Source: an uncultured archaeon
Lineage (GTDB): Archaea > Iainarchaeota > Iainarchaeia > Iainarchaeales > JAAZKV01
DNA: 64,000 nucleotides
NCBI GenBank assembly: GCA_964534045.1
Contig: CAZHNO010000001.1
Location: 129,786 to 193,785, forward strand
Direction of reading: 5' to 3'
Positions within the stretch are counted from its first letter, which is position 1, and each line of letters starts with the position of its first letter. This document shows positions 19,638 through 28,086 of the stretch, piece after piece. The translations under genes and the position numbers were made by a program. The notes below the pieces were generated by a model. It saw only the letters and a program-made list of their open reading frames with translations. It made no database searches and was not told where the DNA came from.

Positions 19638-20330
19638 TTAATTTCTTTTATAGATTATTCTTTCTCGCCAGTCATCTATTGAAGTTAATTTTTTTATGTC
19701 AAATCTGATGTGTTCTAAGTTATTACTTTTTGTAGGATATGATTTTACTCCTGCAAGAATTGTTTTGTGTGTATTAAAAAATTGTCCGTTTGGTATGCAA
19801 ATGAAAGAAATTTGTTCTACAAGGTTAGTTGTTGACCAGATTATTCTAAGAAAGTAGGTTATATTTGGCACACTTCCAAATAATTTGTGTTTTTCATATC
19901 GGTGAAGTTTTGGTTTCCAAACAAATTCTTTTCCATTACCTTTAATGACTTTGTGAGAATTGTTATAATCAAATGATGTTTGATTTTGTCTTATATCCAT
20001 TCTGTTTGTGTTTCCTTTTACATCTCCGTCTGTATTAAGTATTGTTTTTGCGTCAATATGGACAATTGCATCTCCGCATTCATAACATGAGTCTGATGCT
20101 CCTTGCATTGAAGCTATTCCCCAATCTAATCGTCTTGCAATCATTGCGTTCATTATGTTTTCTACTCCAGATTCTATTGGATTTACTTTAGTTGATTGGG
20201 TATAGTTGGGTATGTTTTTTTGGCTATTTATTTCATTAATAAATCTTCCAATGTTATTTGATATGATATTGCTTATTATAGTATGATATTTTTTCTCTAA
20301 TTCTTCTAATTCAATATCTGATAAAGTCAT
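19638..20330 (-). CDS. Putative type II restriction endonuclease (PD-(D/E)xK-like)
   Basis: ASD...VHIDAKT catalytic-like motif; tail-to-tail with the C5 MTase, stops abutting. Confidence 0.68.
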   Translation of the reverse strand: MTLSDIELEELEKKYHTIISNIISNNIGRFINEINSQKNIPNYTQSTKVNPIESGVENIMNAMIARRLDWGIASMQGASDSCYECGDAIVHIDAKTILNTDGDVKGNTNRMDIRQNQTSFDYNNSHKVIKGNGKEFVWKPKLHRYEKHKLFGSVPNITYFLRIIWSTTNLVEQISFICIPNGQFFNTHKTILAGVKSYPTKSNNLEHIRFDIKKLTSIDDWRERIIYKRN

Positions 20331-20372
20331 ACTAATCTAATATTTTATTAAATATAAAAATCTTTGGAATAG

Positions 20373-20423
20373 ACTTTTTACACAACTTTCCGACTTTATA
20401 CACAAGTAACACTATTTACACAA
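20373..20423. repeat. Right-end 13-bp motif copies
   Basis: actttttacacaa 20373-20385, actttatacacaa 20393-20405, actatttacacaa 20411-20423. Confidence 0.8.
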
Positions 20424-20445
20424 AGCTTAGTAAGTTAGGTTAATA

Positions 20446-22335
20446 TTATTCATTTACAATTATTCTAAAACCTGGCCCTATTACAGTTTCCCAAGGTGGA
20501 TTGAAAGGAACTTGATCAGATCCTTCATCACAATTTGCACAAATTGCTCTATCTGCGCATCTAACTCCTGCCCCCCCAATTGAATTTGTTCCACGAACAG
20601 AACGATATAATCTTCCATTCATCAATTCATGTGGTGCACTTGGTCCAATCGGATCTACAAAAACACTATCTAGAGAATTAGTATAAATATAATAATCATA
20701 AATATCAAGGGCCCATTCACCTACATTACCATGTAAATCATATAAACCAAAATTATTTGGTGTTGCTAAACCAACTTCTTTCACAGGCATTGTTGGATAC
20801 CATGATGAAGAAATTTGGGCAAGTTCAGGGCACACTGATGGATTAGCATAATAATAATCTCCATCAATATCTCCACAAGTTATTTGTTTTCCATTTGGAG
20901 GAGTATTTAATCCAGTTGAAGTTCCTGCTCTACAAATATATTCCCATTGTGATTCTGTTGGTAAATCTATTTCAAGACCAGTTTTTTGTTTTAACTTTCC
21001 AATAAAAGAACTCGAACTTGGTGCTTTGTTGCCTGTTGGCCAACTCCCACCTCTCACAATACCCCAATGCACAGAGTGCACTGGCAATTTGTCCCCAACT
21101 TGTGGCCCAGGAGTAAAACTAATCCCTGTTCCTTCAATTGTATATGTTTGATATCCAAATGCACTTGCGTAGCCACTAAAACTACTTCCATAAACTAAAT
21201 CCCATTGTTTTTGTGTTATTTCAAAAACACCTGTGTAAAAACTTTTTGTTAATTTTACAATATGTAAATCTTCATCAATATCTGGATTTCCCTCATGTGG
21301 AAGTCTTCTTCCAGGTTCTCCTTCTGGTGAACCCATAGTGAAAGTACATGCTGGGACTTTTCGCAAAATAATTTTTGTTGTTTTATAAGCACTATTTGAT
21401 AACAAATCACTTGGTTTACTTGTTAGTTCAGTTACTGGATAATTAGTTGCGCTTGGCCCTCCTGAAATATCTATTACCAAATATTCATTTGTTAAATAAG
21501 CAGATAGGTTTTCTTCTGCAATACATTCCTCTAAATTTGCTGCAACACAAACATTATTCTGACAAGTTTTTCCTGTATCACATTTTGTTCCTTTTCCACA
21601 ATTATTACAAGGATTTGTAATTGCTATTGTTTGCCCACACTCAATTGTTGATGGTGAAGGACAAGGTGTGCAATCAGTTGTTTTTGATATGCACTTTCCT
21701 GATTGGCATGTTTGACTTGGTGGGCAAGAACCACAAAAGCCCTCACAACCATCAGAACCACACGCTTTATCTTTGCAATCAGGCTCACAATCTTTTGTTT
21801 TAGGATTGGTGTCAGAATCTATTTCTTCATCCTCTAATTTTTTTCCAAAAGAAACATCACACAAAATATCACAACAATCTTCATAACCTTCTGAAGCATA
21901 AATACAAACTTCATCACTAGGATAACATTTTACATAAACTCTCGCTTCAACATTTTGTTGAATGTCAATCATTTTTCCTTCTGCCAAAACTTTTCCAAAT
22001 GCTAAGTTTGAATAGAAAGTGAAACATTCATCTGACAAGCCAGTCACATCTCTCAAATTAGTTGAAGTAAAACCAGTCCCTTCAACAAAGACAAGTGGAT
22101 TTTCTGAGTAAAATACCTTTCCATTTGGTGACTCTTTTGCTGAATTAATAAGAGAATAAAATTCATTAATTGAAGTGCTTATTCTAAGACTTTGAAAATA
22201 TGTCATTGATGAAAGAATTAAACCAAAAATAACTAAACCAATTATTCCATCAATAAGTAAACGAAAAACAGTTCCACTTTGTGCTTTGTTATCCAAAAAA
22301 TTTTTTGAAGCTTTTTTTGATAAAAATTTTTTCAT
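20446..22335 (-). CDS. Pilin-like protein fused to a Cys-rich linker and an FGE-sulfatase (C-type lectin fold) domain
   Basis: DNKA/QSGTVFRLLIDGIIG leader; CGSDGCEGFCGSC-type Cys-rich linker; FTMGSP, LPTESQWEYICRAGT, PNNFGLYDLHGNVGEW, GFR. Confidence 0.85.
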   Translation of the reverse strand: MKKFLSKKASKNFLDNKAQSGTVFRLLIDGIIGLVIFGLILSSMTYFQSLRISTSINEFYSLINSAKESPNGKVFYSENPLVFVEGTGFTSTNLRDVTGLSDECFTFYSNLAFGKVLAEGKMIDIQQNVEARVYVKCYPSDEVCIYASEGYEDCCDILCDVSFGKKLEDEEIDSDTNPKTKDCEPDCKDKACGSDGCEGFCGSCPPSQTCQSGKCISKTTDCTPCPSPSTIECGQTIAITNPCNNCGKGTKCDTGKTCQNNVCVAANLEECIAEENLSAYLTNEYLVIDISGGPSATNYPVTELTSKPSDLLSNSAYKTTKIILRKVPACTFTMGSPEGEPGRRLPHEGNPDIDEDLHIVKLTKSFYTGVFEITQKQWDLVYGSSFSGYASAFGYQTYTIEGTGISFTPGPQVGDKLPVHSVHWGIVRGGSWPTGNKAPSSSSFIGKLKQKTGLEIDLPTESQWEYICRAGTSTGLNTPPNGKQITCGDIDGDYYYANPSVCPELAQISSSWYPTMPVKEVGLATPNNFGLYDLHGNVGEWALDIYDYYIYTNSLDSVFVDPIGPSAPHELMNGRLYRSVRGTNSIGGAGVRCADRAICANCDEGSDQVPFNPPWETVIGPGFRIIVNE

Positions 22336-22395
22336 TTACACACACCTTCATCTTCAAAAAATATTATTCATCATTCAAAATACTATTTATCAAAA

Positions 22396-24804
22396 TCACA
22401 TCATATTTGTTATTAATAAATTTGCCCCAATTGCTGTTACTAAAAATATTATTACTGCAATTGGTAAATATTTTGCCACATTTACCCTGAATAATAAATC
22501 ATTATCTTCTTGTACCTTTGTTGTAAAATAAATCATGATTATAACTATTTCAATTACATAAATTGAAATTATTAACAAAAACATTAATGGGGTAGCAAAT
22601 TGCCCAAAAGTTTCAACACTTACATTAAATAATTGATTTACATTTATTCCCCCACCTCCAGTAATTTGTGCCATATCCATATCTTTTGCTGCTTGAACCG
22701 CAGGATCTGTTACTACTCCAGCAAGAGTCATCATTACTACTTTTTGTAAAGAAACTGTTATTCCTAAAACAATTGGCCCAATAAATACTGCCATTGTCAT
22801 CATTGTGTTGCTTACTTCTGAAACTAAATCTTTCAAGGATTTATTTACTTTGTCCATGTTTTCCATTTGTAATGAGAGAGACATTAGTGTTCTTGAAGCA
22901 ACTTCAACTCCAAGAGAAACAGAATCAACTAATAATTGCATTGCGGTTTTTAGTGTTTTTGATGGAATTCCTTTCATTGAACCATACACTGGATCAAAAA
23001 CTGCTGCGTCTAATGGTAAACCCATTAGTTCAATATTTTCAATTGTTTTTCCAAATATTCTTTGACTAATTAATAAATTTGGTAAAAATTTTTGCGTGCT
23101 TTTTAATGCACTTTCAACTGGTTTATTTTCACCCATTCTTGATGCAATAACATACATTGATTCTTTGAATTCATCTTCCATTTTCATTATTTTTAATTGG
23201 GCTTTTCGTTTGTAAATATTTCTATAATACAAAATGAATGATGCTGCACATGCTAAAGTTATAATAAAGCCTGACCAAAACAAATATTTTGTTGGATCTT
23301 TTTTTGGATTACTAACAAAAATTAAATATTCTCTTAAAGCAGTTTCGTGAGCCAATCCTTCTTCAACACTTTCGGCAATTAATCTATTATATAAATCTCC
23401 ATCTTTAACACTAAAAAATAATTCAAACGCATACAAATCAATTAATCCTTTTCCTAATTCTGTTCTACTTAAACCGTCTTCTTCAAGAATTGTTCCTAAA
23501 TCTTTATCTGCTGGAAGAATTTGTAAGTACTGCATTTCTTCACTATTTCCCAATAATATTTTTGGAGGAAATCCTTGTGTTGATAATGCAAATGAACCTA
23601 AAATTCCAACAATAATAATTATTATTGCAACCATTCTAACATCTAATTTTCCATCCATTGACCATTTTCTTGGAAGCTCAGCAAAATCATCATTTATTTC
23701 TGGTGGCTCATAAGTTGGTGGTCTTTGACTAACAGTTTTTTTTGCAAATGAATAAGCAATTAGCGGAATTCCAACACAATAAATTAAAACTAAAATTATT
23801 GGATTAGCCATTGGACTTCCTGAAAATGCAGAACCAACTGGCAAAATAATAATTAAAATTAGCGGAAGTAAAACACCTAAATAGAATAACATTACTGCTG
23901 GTTGGTTTAGTGAACGAGCATAATCTTCCATTTTTCCTTTAACACTATCCAAAACTTCCAACATTGTTTTGTCTAATAATTCATATCTTCTTGCTTCGGT
24001 TGGTTCCATTACACTTGCTCTTATTTTCATTAGTGCATCTTTTAATTCTGAAGAATATTCTCCCCAACGATAAGCTAAACCATCTAAACCTTCGGCAACT
24101 GATTCATACAAACCTAATTGAAAATCCCATAACAATCTTTTGAATTCTGTTGCTAATCTTCCCCTTCCATGTTTTGCAGAAAATTCAATTGACTTTTCTA
24201 AATTAGGAACAAGCTTCATTGACATAATCATATAACCAACCATGTCTGGAACAGAAGTTAGTGCTTTATTTTGTTCTTCTTTTGCTGCATTTAATGGATA
24301 AGAATAAATCATGTAAACGCCCATTCCAAGAACACCAAATAAAATTAGAACTATCATCAAAAACATGTTGAAAGCCATTGATGTATCATAACCAAGTGCA
24401 TTCACAAGTATTGGCCCACCAATAATATCTGAAGTATTTATTTCTCCAATTTCAAAACCAAGTCCTAAAAAATAAATTAATGCAATCAAAATCAAAATTG
24501 GTATTATATAATTTACAAACGTGCCTTTTATTGCAGCCATGAAATCTCCCGGCGTTAATCTCCAGCCAAGGAACGCAACAGCATTTTTATGTTTTTCAGA
24601 AAATTTTGCATTTTTCCTAAAAGAAGGATATTTTTGCCCCATTTTTTTACAAAAAATAACGAATGGATTTTCTTTTTCTATTAAAATTTTTCCTTCGGTT
24701 TCTCCAGCAAAATCTTCACTAGTGGTTGAAATACTCCCATATCTTTGTCCAAGTGAAGAACCAAAAATACCTTGCTTATTATTACTTTTATCTCGTCTAG
24801 GCAT
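22396..24804 (-). CDS. TadC/FlaJ-like multi-pass membrane platform protein
   Basis: Two T2SSF-like halves (PNLEKSIEFS...; RMGENKPVESAL...) with TMs, downstream of the ATPase. Start set at ATG 24804 (MPRRDK). Confidence 0.8.
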   Translation of the reverse strand: MPRRDKSNNKQGIFGSSLGQRYGSISTTSEDFAGETEGKILIEKENPFVIFCKKMGQKYPSFRKNAKFSEKHKNAVAFLGWRLTPGDFMAAIKGTFVNYIIPILILIALIYFLGLGFEIGEINTSDIIGGPILVNALGYDTSMAFNMFLMIVLILFGVLGMGVYMIYSYPLNAAKEEQNKALTSVPDMVGYMIMSMKLVPNLEKSIEFSAKHGRGRLATEFKRLLWDFQLGLYESVAEGLDGLAYRWGEYSSELKDALMKIRASVMEPTEARRYELLDKTMLEVLDSVKGKMEDYARSLNQPAVMLFYLGVLLPLILIIILPVGSAFSGSPMANPIILVLIYCVGIPLIAYSFAKKTVSQRPPTYEPPEINDDFAELPRKWSMDGKLDVRMVAIIIIIVGILGSFALSTQGFPPKILLGNSEEMQYLQILPADKDLGTILEEDGLSRTELGKGLIDLYAFELFFSVKDGDLYNRLIAESVEEGLAHETALREYLIFVSNPKKDPTKYLFWSGFIITLACAASFILYYRNIYKRKAQLKIMKMEDEFKESMYVIASRMGENKPVESALKSTQKFLPNLLISQRIFGKTIENIELMGLPLDAAVFDPVYGSMKGIPSKTLKTAMQLLVDSVSLGVEVASRTLMSLSLQMENMDKVNKSLKDLVSEVSNTMMTMAVFIGPIVLGITVSLQKVVMMTLAGVVTDPAVQAAKDMDMAQITGGGGINVNQLFNVSVETFGQFATPLMFLLIISIYVIEIVIIMIYFTTKVQEDNDLLFRVNVAKYLPIAVIIFLVTAIGANLLITNMM

Positions 24805-24902
24805 CGCTAATAATAAACAAAAGAAGTATAAAAACAAAATGGTTAATTAAAAATCAATTCATTTTACTTGGAAAAAAATAATTTAAAATCAAAAAAATAG
24901 CA

Positions 24903-27200
24903 TTAATTATTTTCTTCAGGTTCTTTTGCTTTTTGAACCATTGGTATTAGTTCTGTTAAAACCCAATTTTTATATTTTCCCAATAATTGATTGTAATCAA
25001 CTGTTCCATTTTCTTCAATTATTTCTTCTTTTAAAATCATGAGTTTGTTGGTTGCTTTGCTAGTAAATTCTGATTCTAATAATTTTTTCAAATTCAATTC
25101 ATTCTTTTTTTCTACAAGGAAAAGTTTTGCATTTCCTCTTAATCTTATTTCTGCCCAAATATCATTTACTGTCAAGCCAGAAATACTTTGTATTTTTTTT
25201 AGCAAATCAGATTCTTTCAAATTATCTTCTTGTAATTCAAGAGTGTCTTTTGCTGCATCATATTTCATTAAATCTAATAAGCCACCTTCTCTACTTGGAT
25301 CATCATTCCAATGTTTTTTAATTTCAGTAATTTCCACTACTCTTCTATGCCTTACAAGAGAGCCTTTAAATCTTATTGGACGAGCAACAATTACTAAATC
25401 AGTTGCTTTGAATGATGTTGTTGGAACACCTAAATCATTTACAACTCTATCCCATACTGAATAAGCTGAATCAGCGTGAATTGTTCCCATTACAACATTT
25501 CCAGCTGCTCCAACACGCATTGCTTCATACAATACTTTTGCTTCTGTGCTTCTTACTTCACCCAAAATTAATGCGGAGTCACCTAAACGCAAAGCTGTTC
25601 TTAGTGCTTCTTCTGGTGCAACTTCTGTTTCTGTTTTTGAAACACTAATGGCACTTTTTGTTTTCATTCTCTGAATGTTAAAACCAATTTCTTTCAAATA
25701 TGGAACAGGGAGTTCTTGAGTGTCTTCTTGAATTAAAATTCTTGAATTTTGTGGAATTTCTTGTATTACTGCACCAAGCAAAGAAGTTTTTCCTGAACCT
25801 CTACTTCCCGCAATAATTGTTGTGGTTTGCATATCAATAAAGAAAGAAATCATTCCTGCTGCAAGTGGATTTAGATAATTATTATCAATGAATTGTTCAA
25901 GAGTCCACGGAGTTAATTTGTGTAAACGAAAAGCAAAAGCTGGTCCACTGGGAGAAAGCGGAGGACCAATTACTGCCACACGAGTTTCTAATTCTTGCAA
26001 ATCAAAATCAAGCACTGGGTGTGCTTCATCAAATGGACGAGAAGACATTGCTCTTAATTTTGAAATCAAAGAGTTGGCTTCATTTTCTGTGAAAGTAACA
26101 TTTGTTTGACATTGTCCATAATCACTATGCACAAGATAAATTGGTTTTCCACCAATCGGTGAATCTAAATAAATATCAGTAATTTTTCTATCATTCAATA
26201 ATACTTCTAAAATTCCATAACCAACTGTGTATCTTGCAACAACCTTACTTAATGCAGACATTTCATTAGCATTTAATTGAACTTTATGAAATTTTGCTAC
26301 TTCTTTTATTGTTGCTTCATACATTCTTTCAAAATATTTTCTTGAAGTGGCAACCGTGCTCAAAGAAGTTTTTCCTGGTTGGTAAGAAGCAACTATTTCT
26401 CTTGTTTTACTTAAAACAAAATATTGATCTGGTGCAAGAGAATATTCTGGAGGATTAATAAAATACATTTTTTCAACTTTGTTTGGATCAGAAAAAACTT
26501 GTACTGTTGAATCACTAACAGTATATTCGTCCAATAAATTTAGTTCATCCATTCCTTTGAAAGAAAGTTTTGAACCAATGAAAGAAGGTTTTATTTCAAC
26601 TTCAAAAAGAGCTTTGTAAATTACTTTTGTATCAGGAACTTCTTGCAATTCAGTAAGAATTTTTTTTGCTCTAATAACCATTAGTGTTGCATCAAACCTA
26701 TTTCTCAAATCAATTAATGTTGCAATAAATGGTTCAGCACATTCAACATATCTTTGGTCACTTTGCTTCATCATTGATTCTTGTTTTTTTGATTCATTCA
26801 CAAGAGTTAAGTAAGCTAATAATGGATCAAAGTTAATCAAATCATTTGCAACTTTTACAATTAATCTGTGTCTGTCAGGAAAATATTGTTCACATTCTTT
26901 TATTGGTTTACCCAAATGATTATAACTCCAAATACTTTCTACAACTAATTTTTGTGCAAGGTTGGCTATTTCCATTAGCATTTGTGTTTGTTCTTTTTCA
27001 TAAACTCTTTCATAAACTTCTGCTAAAACAATTCTATCAGCTTCAACTTGTTGCAACACTTTTATTGCGTGAAATCTACAATGATGATCTTCTGCAATAG
27101 ACGCTGAATAAGCACAATGTTTACAATCAAATATTAGTGTTCTGCTACCACCAACATCTTTGACAACAAAATCTCCAACCTTAAAGCCACCAATCTTCAT
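24903..27200 (-). CDS. Type II/IV secretion ATPase (FlaI/PilB-like) with a long N-terminal domain
   Basis: GSRGSGKTS, QEDTQEL, ALRLGDSALILGEVRS, GTIHADS; N-terminal CKHC...CR putative metal site. Confidence 0.93.
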   Translation of the reverse strand: MKIGGFKVGDFVVKDVGGSRTLIFDCKHCAYSASIAEDHHCRFHAIKVLQQVEADRIVLAEVYERVYEKEQTQMLMEIANLAQKLVVESIWSYNHLGKPIKECEQYFPDRHRLIVKVANDLINFDPLLAYLTLVNESKKQESMMKQSDQRYVECAEPFIATLIDLRNRFDATLMVIRAKKILTELQEVPDTKVIYKALFEVEIKPSFIGSKLSFKGMDELNLLDEYTVSDSTVQVFSDPNKVEKMYFINPPEYSLAPDQYFVLSKTREIVASYQPGKTSLSTVATSRKYFERMYEATIKEVAKFHKVQLNANEMSALSKVVARYTVGYGILEVLLNDRKITDIYLDSPIGGKPIYLVHSDYGQCQTNVTFTENEANSLISKLRAMSSRPFDEAHPVLDFDLQELETRVAVIGPPLSPSGPAFAFRLHKLTPWTLEQFIDNNYLNPLAAGMISFFIDMQTTTIIAGSRGSGKTSLLGAVIQEIPQNSRILIQEDTQELPVPYLKEIGFNIQRMKTKSAISVSKTETEVAPEEALRTALRLGDSALILGEVRSTEAKVLYEAMRVGAAGNVVMGTIHADSAYSVWDRVVNDLGVPTTSFKATDLVIVARPIRFKGSLVRHRRVVEITEIKKHWNDDPSREGGLLDLMKYDAAKDTLELQEDNLKESDLLKKIQSISGLTVNDIWAEIRLRGNAKLFLVEKKNELNLKKLLESEFTSKATNKLMILKEEIIEENGTVDYNQLLGKYKNWVLTELIPMVQKAKEPEENN

Positions 27201-27306
27201 TCAAAAACACCAAAAAATCAAACCAATTTAATATTATCTTTATGCTTAATAAAGGAATTAAGATGTATAAAAACAATTTGTTCAAGTTTTTTTATAATAA
27301 ACAAAA

Positions 27307-27336
27307 AAAAATTGTTCAAACCTGAAAACAATTTTT
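27307..27336. promoter_or_regulatory. Inverted repeat in the divergent ATPase/pilin intergenic region
   Basis: aaaaattgtt (27307-27316) / aacaattttt (27327-27336); AT-rich, so it may be chance. Confidence 0.3.
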
Positions 27337-27387
27337 AGAAACAATTAAAGAAATAAATATAAATAGTGTTTGAATTTATACTATTAC

Positions 27388-28086
27388 ATGCAAAAAACTT
27401 TTTCTAGAGCACAAGGAACAATTGAATACTTAGTAATAATTGCAATTATTATTGTAATTGCTTTGTTTGTTACTTCTTTATTTAGTGGGGTATTTAATTC
27501 GAATGATACTGCTGAAAGTAATACTAAACTAAAAAACCAAATTGGTTATGGTGGAGTAAGTATTCTTGATGCAGCTACTGATTCAAATGGAGATGTAAGA
27601 TTAGTAATACAAAATGTTCTTGGAACGGGATACACAATCACAGGGGCAAGTAGTGAAGGAACTTCCCAATCCTCAAACAACTTTTTCTCCAGTGGACAAA
27701 AAGGAACTTATGATCTAAATAGTTTTTCTGAATGCGCTTGTGAAGAAGGGGAACTTACAAAAACTTGCACAATTAACTTATACTTACTTGCGGAAAGCAC
27801 TCTGGATCGTAACACAACAATCACTCTCGAAATTGACTGTGTTGAGGACATTATAGTCAGAGGAAGTTATATTTCTGAAAGTACAGGTGAAGAAAGCGAA
27901 AGCGGAACAATTAATTTAGATTGCACTGATTTAGATGTAAGTTCATCTGGATTTGTAACTTGCTCAGGAACAACAACACTATTATCAGATACAAATCTTT
28001 TAGGCACATGGAACTTAGATGATTTAACAGCAGGCACTGATGTTAATACAACTGGAACAGATGAAATTACTTTAGCGGAGCAATGA
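27388..28086 (+). CDS. Class III signal peptide pilin-like protein
   Basis: MQKTFSRA/QGTIEYLVIIAIIIVIALFV, a canonical archaeal prepilin with +5 Glu. Confidence 0.85.
   Translation: MQKTFSRAQGTIEYLVIIAIIIVIALFVTSLFSGVFNSNDTAESNTKLKNQIGYGGVSILDAATDSNGDVRLVIQNVLGTGYTITGASSEGTSQSSNNFFSSGQKGTYDLNSFSECACEEGELTKTCTINLYLLAESTLDRNTTITLEIDCVEDIIVRGSYISESTGEESESGTINLDCTDLDVSSSGFVTCSGTTTLLSDTNLLGTWNLDDLTAGTDVNTTGTDEITLAEQ

Larger units (their letters stand above)
16853..20427. mobile_element. Cargo-carrying IS4/IS5-superfamily transposon (3575 bp) with a restriction-modification system
   Basis: Left end GGCTTTGTGTAAGAAGT, right end (reverse complement) AGCTTTGTGTAAATAGT; flanking direct repeat TAGTAAGTT at 16844-16852 and 20428-20436; one DDE transposase inside. 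Confidence 0.9.

Noticed and set aside
20373..20423. CRISPR-like short repeat array
   Set aside because: Repeats are 13 bp with 5-7 bp gaps, occur at transposon ends and have no cas genes nearby.
16853..20427. Composite transposon or provirus
   Set aside because: Only one transposase and one pair of ends; no integrase, capsid or replication genes.
20446..20620. Complete diversity-generating retroelement
   Set aside because: An FGE/CLec domain is present, but I found no reverse transcriptase, Avd or template repeat in the window.
22396..27200. Archaellum operon (flaI/flaJ)
   Set aside because: No recognisable FlaH, FlaF/G or archaellin sequence; the neighbours look like pilins, so no fla symbols were assigned.
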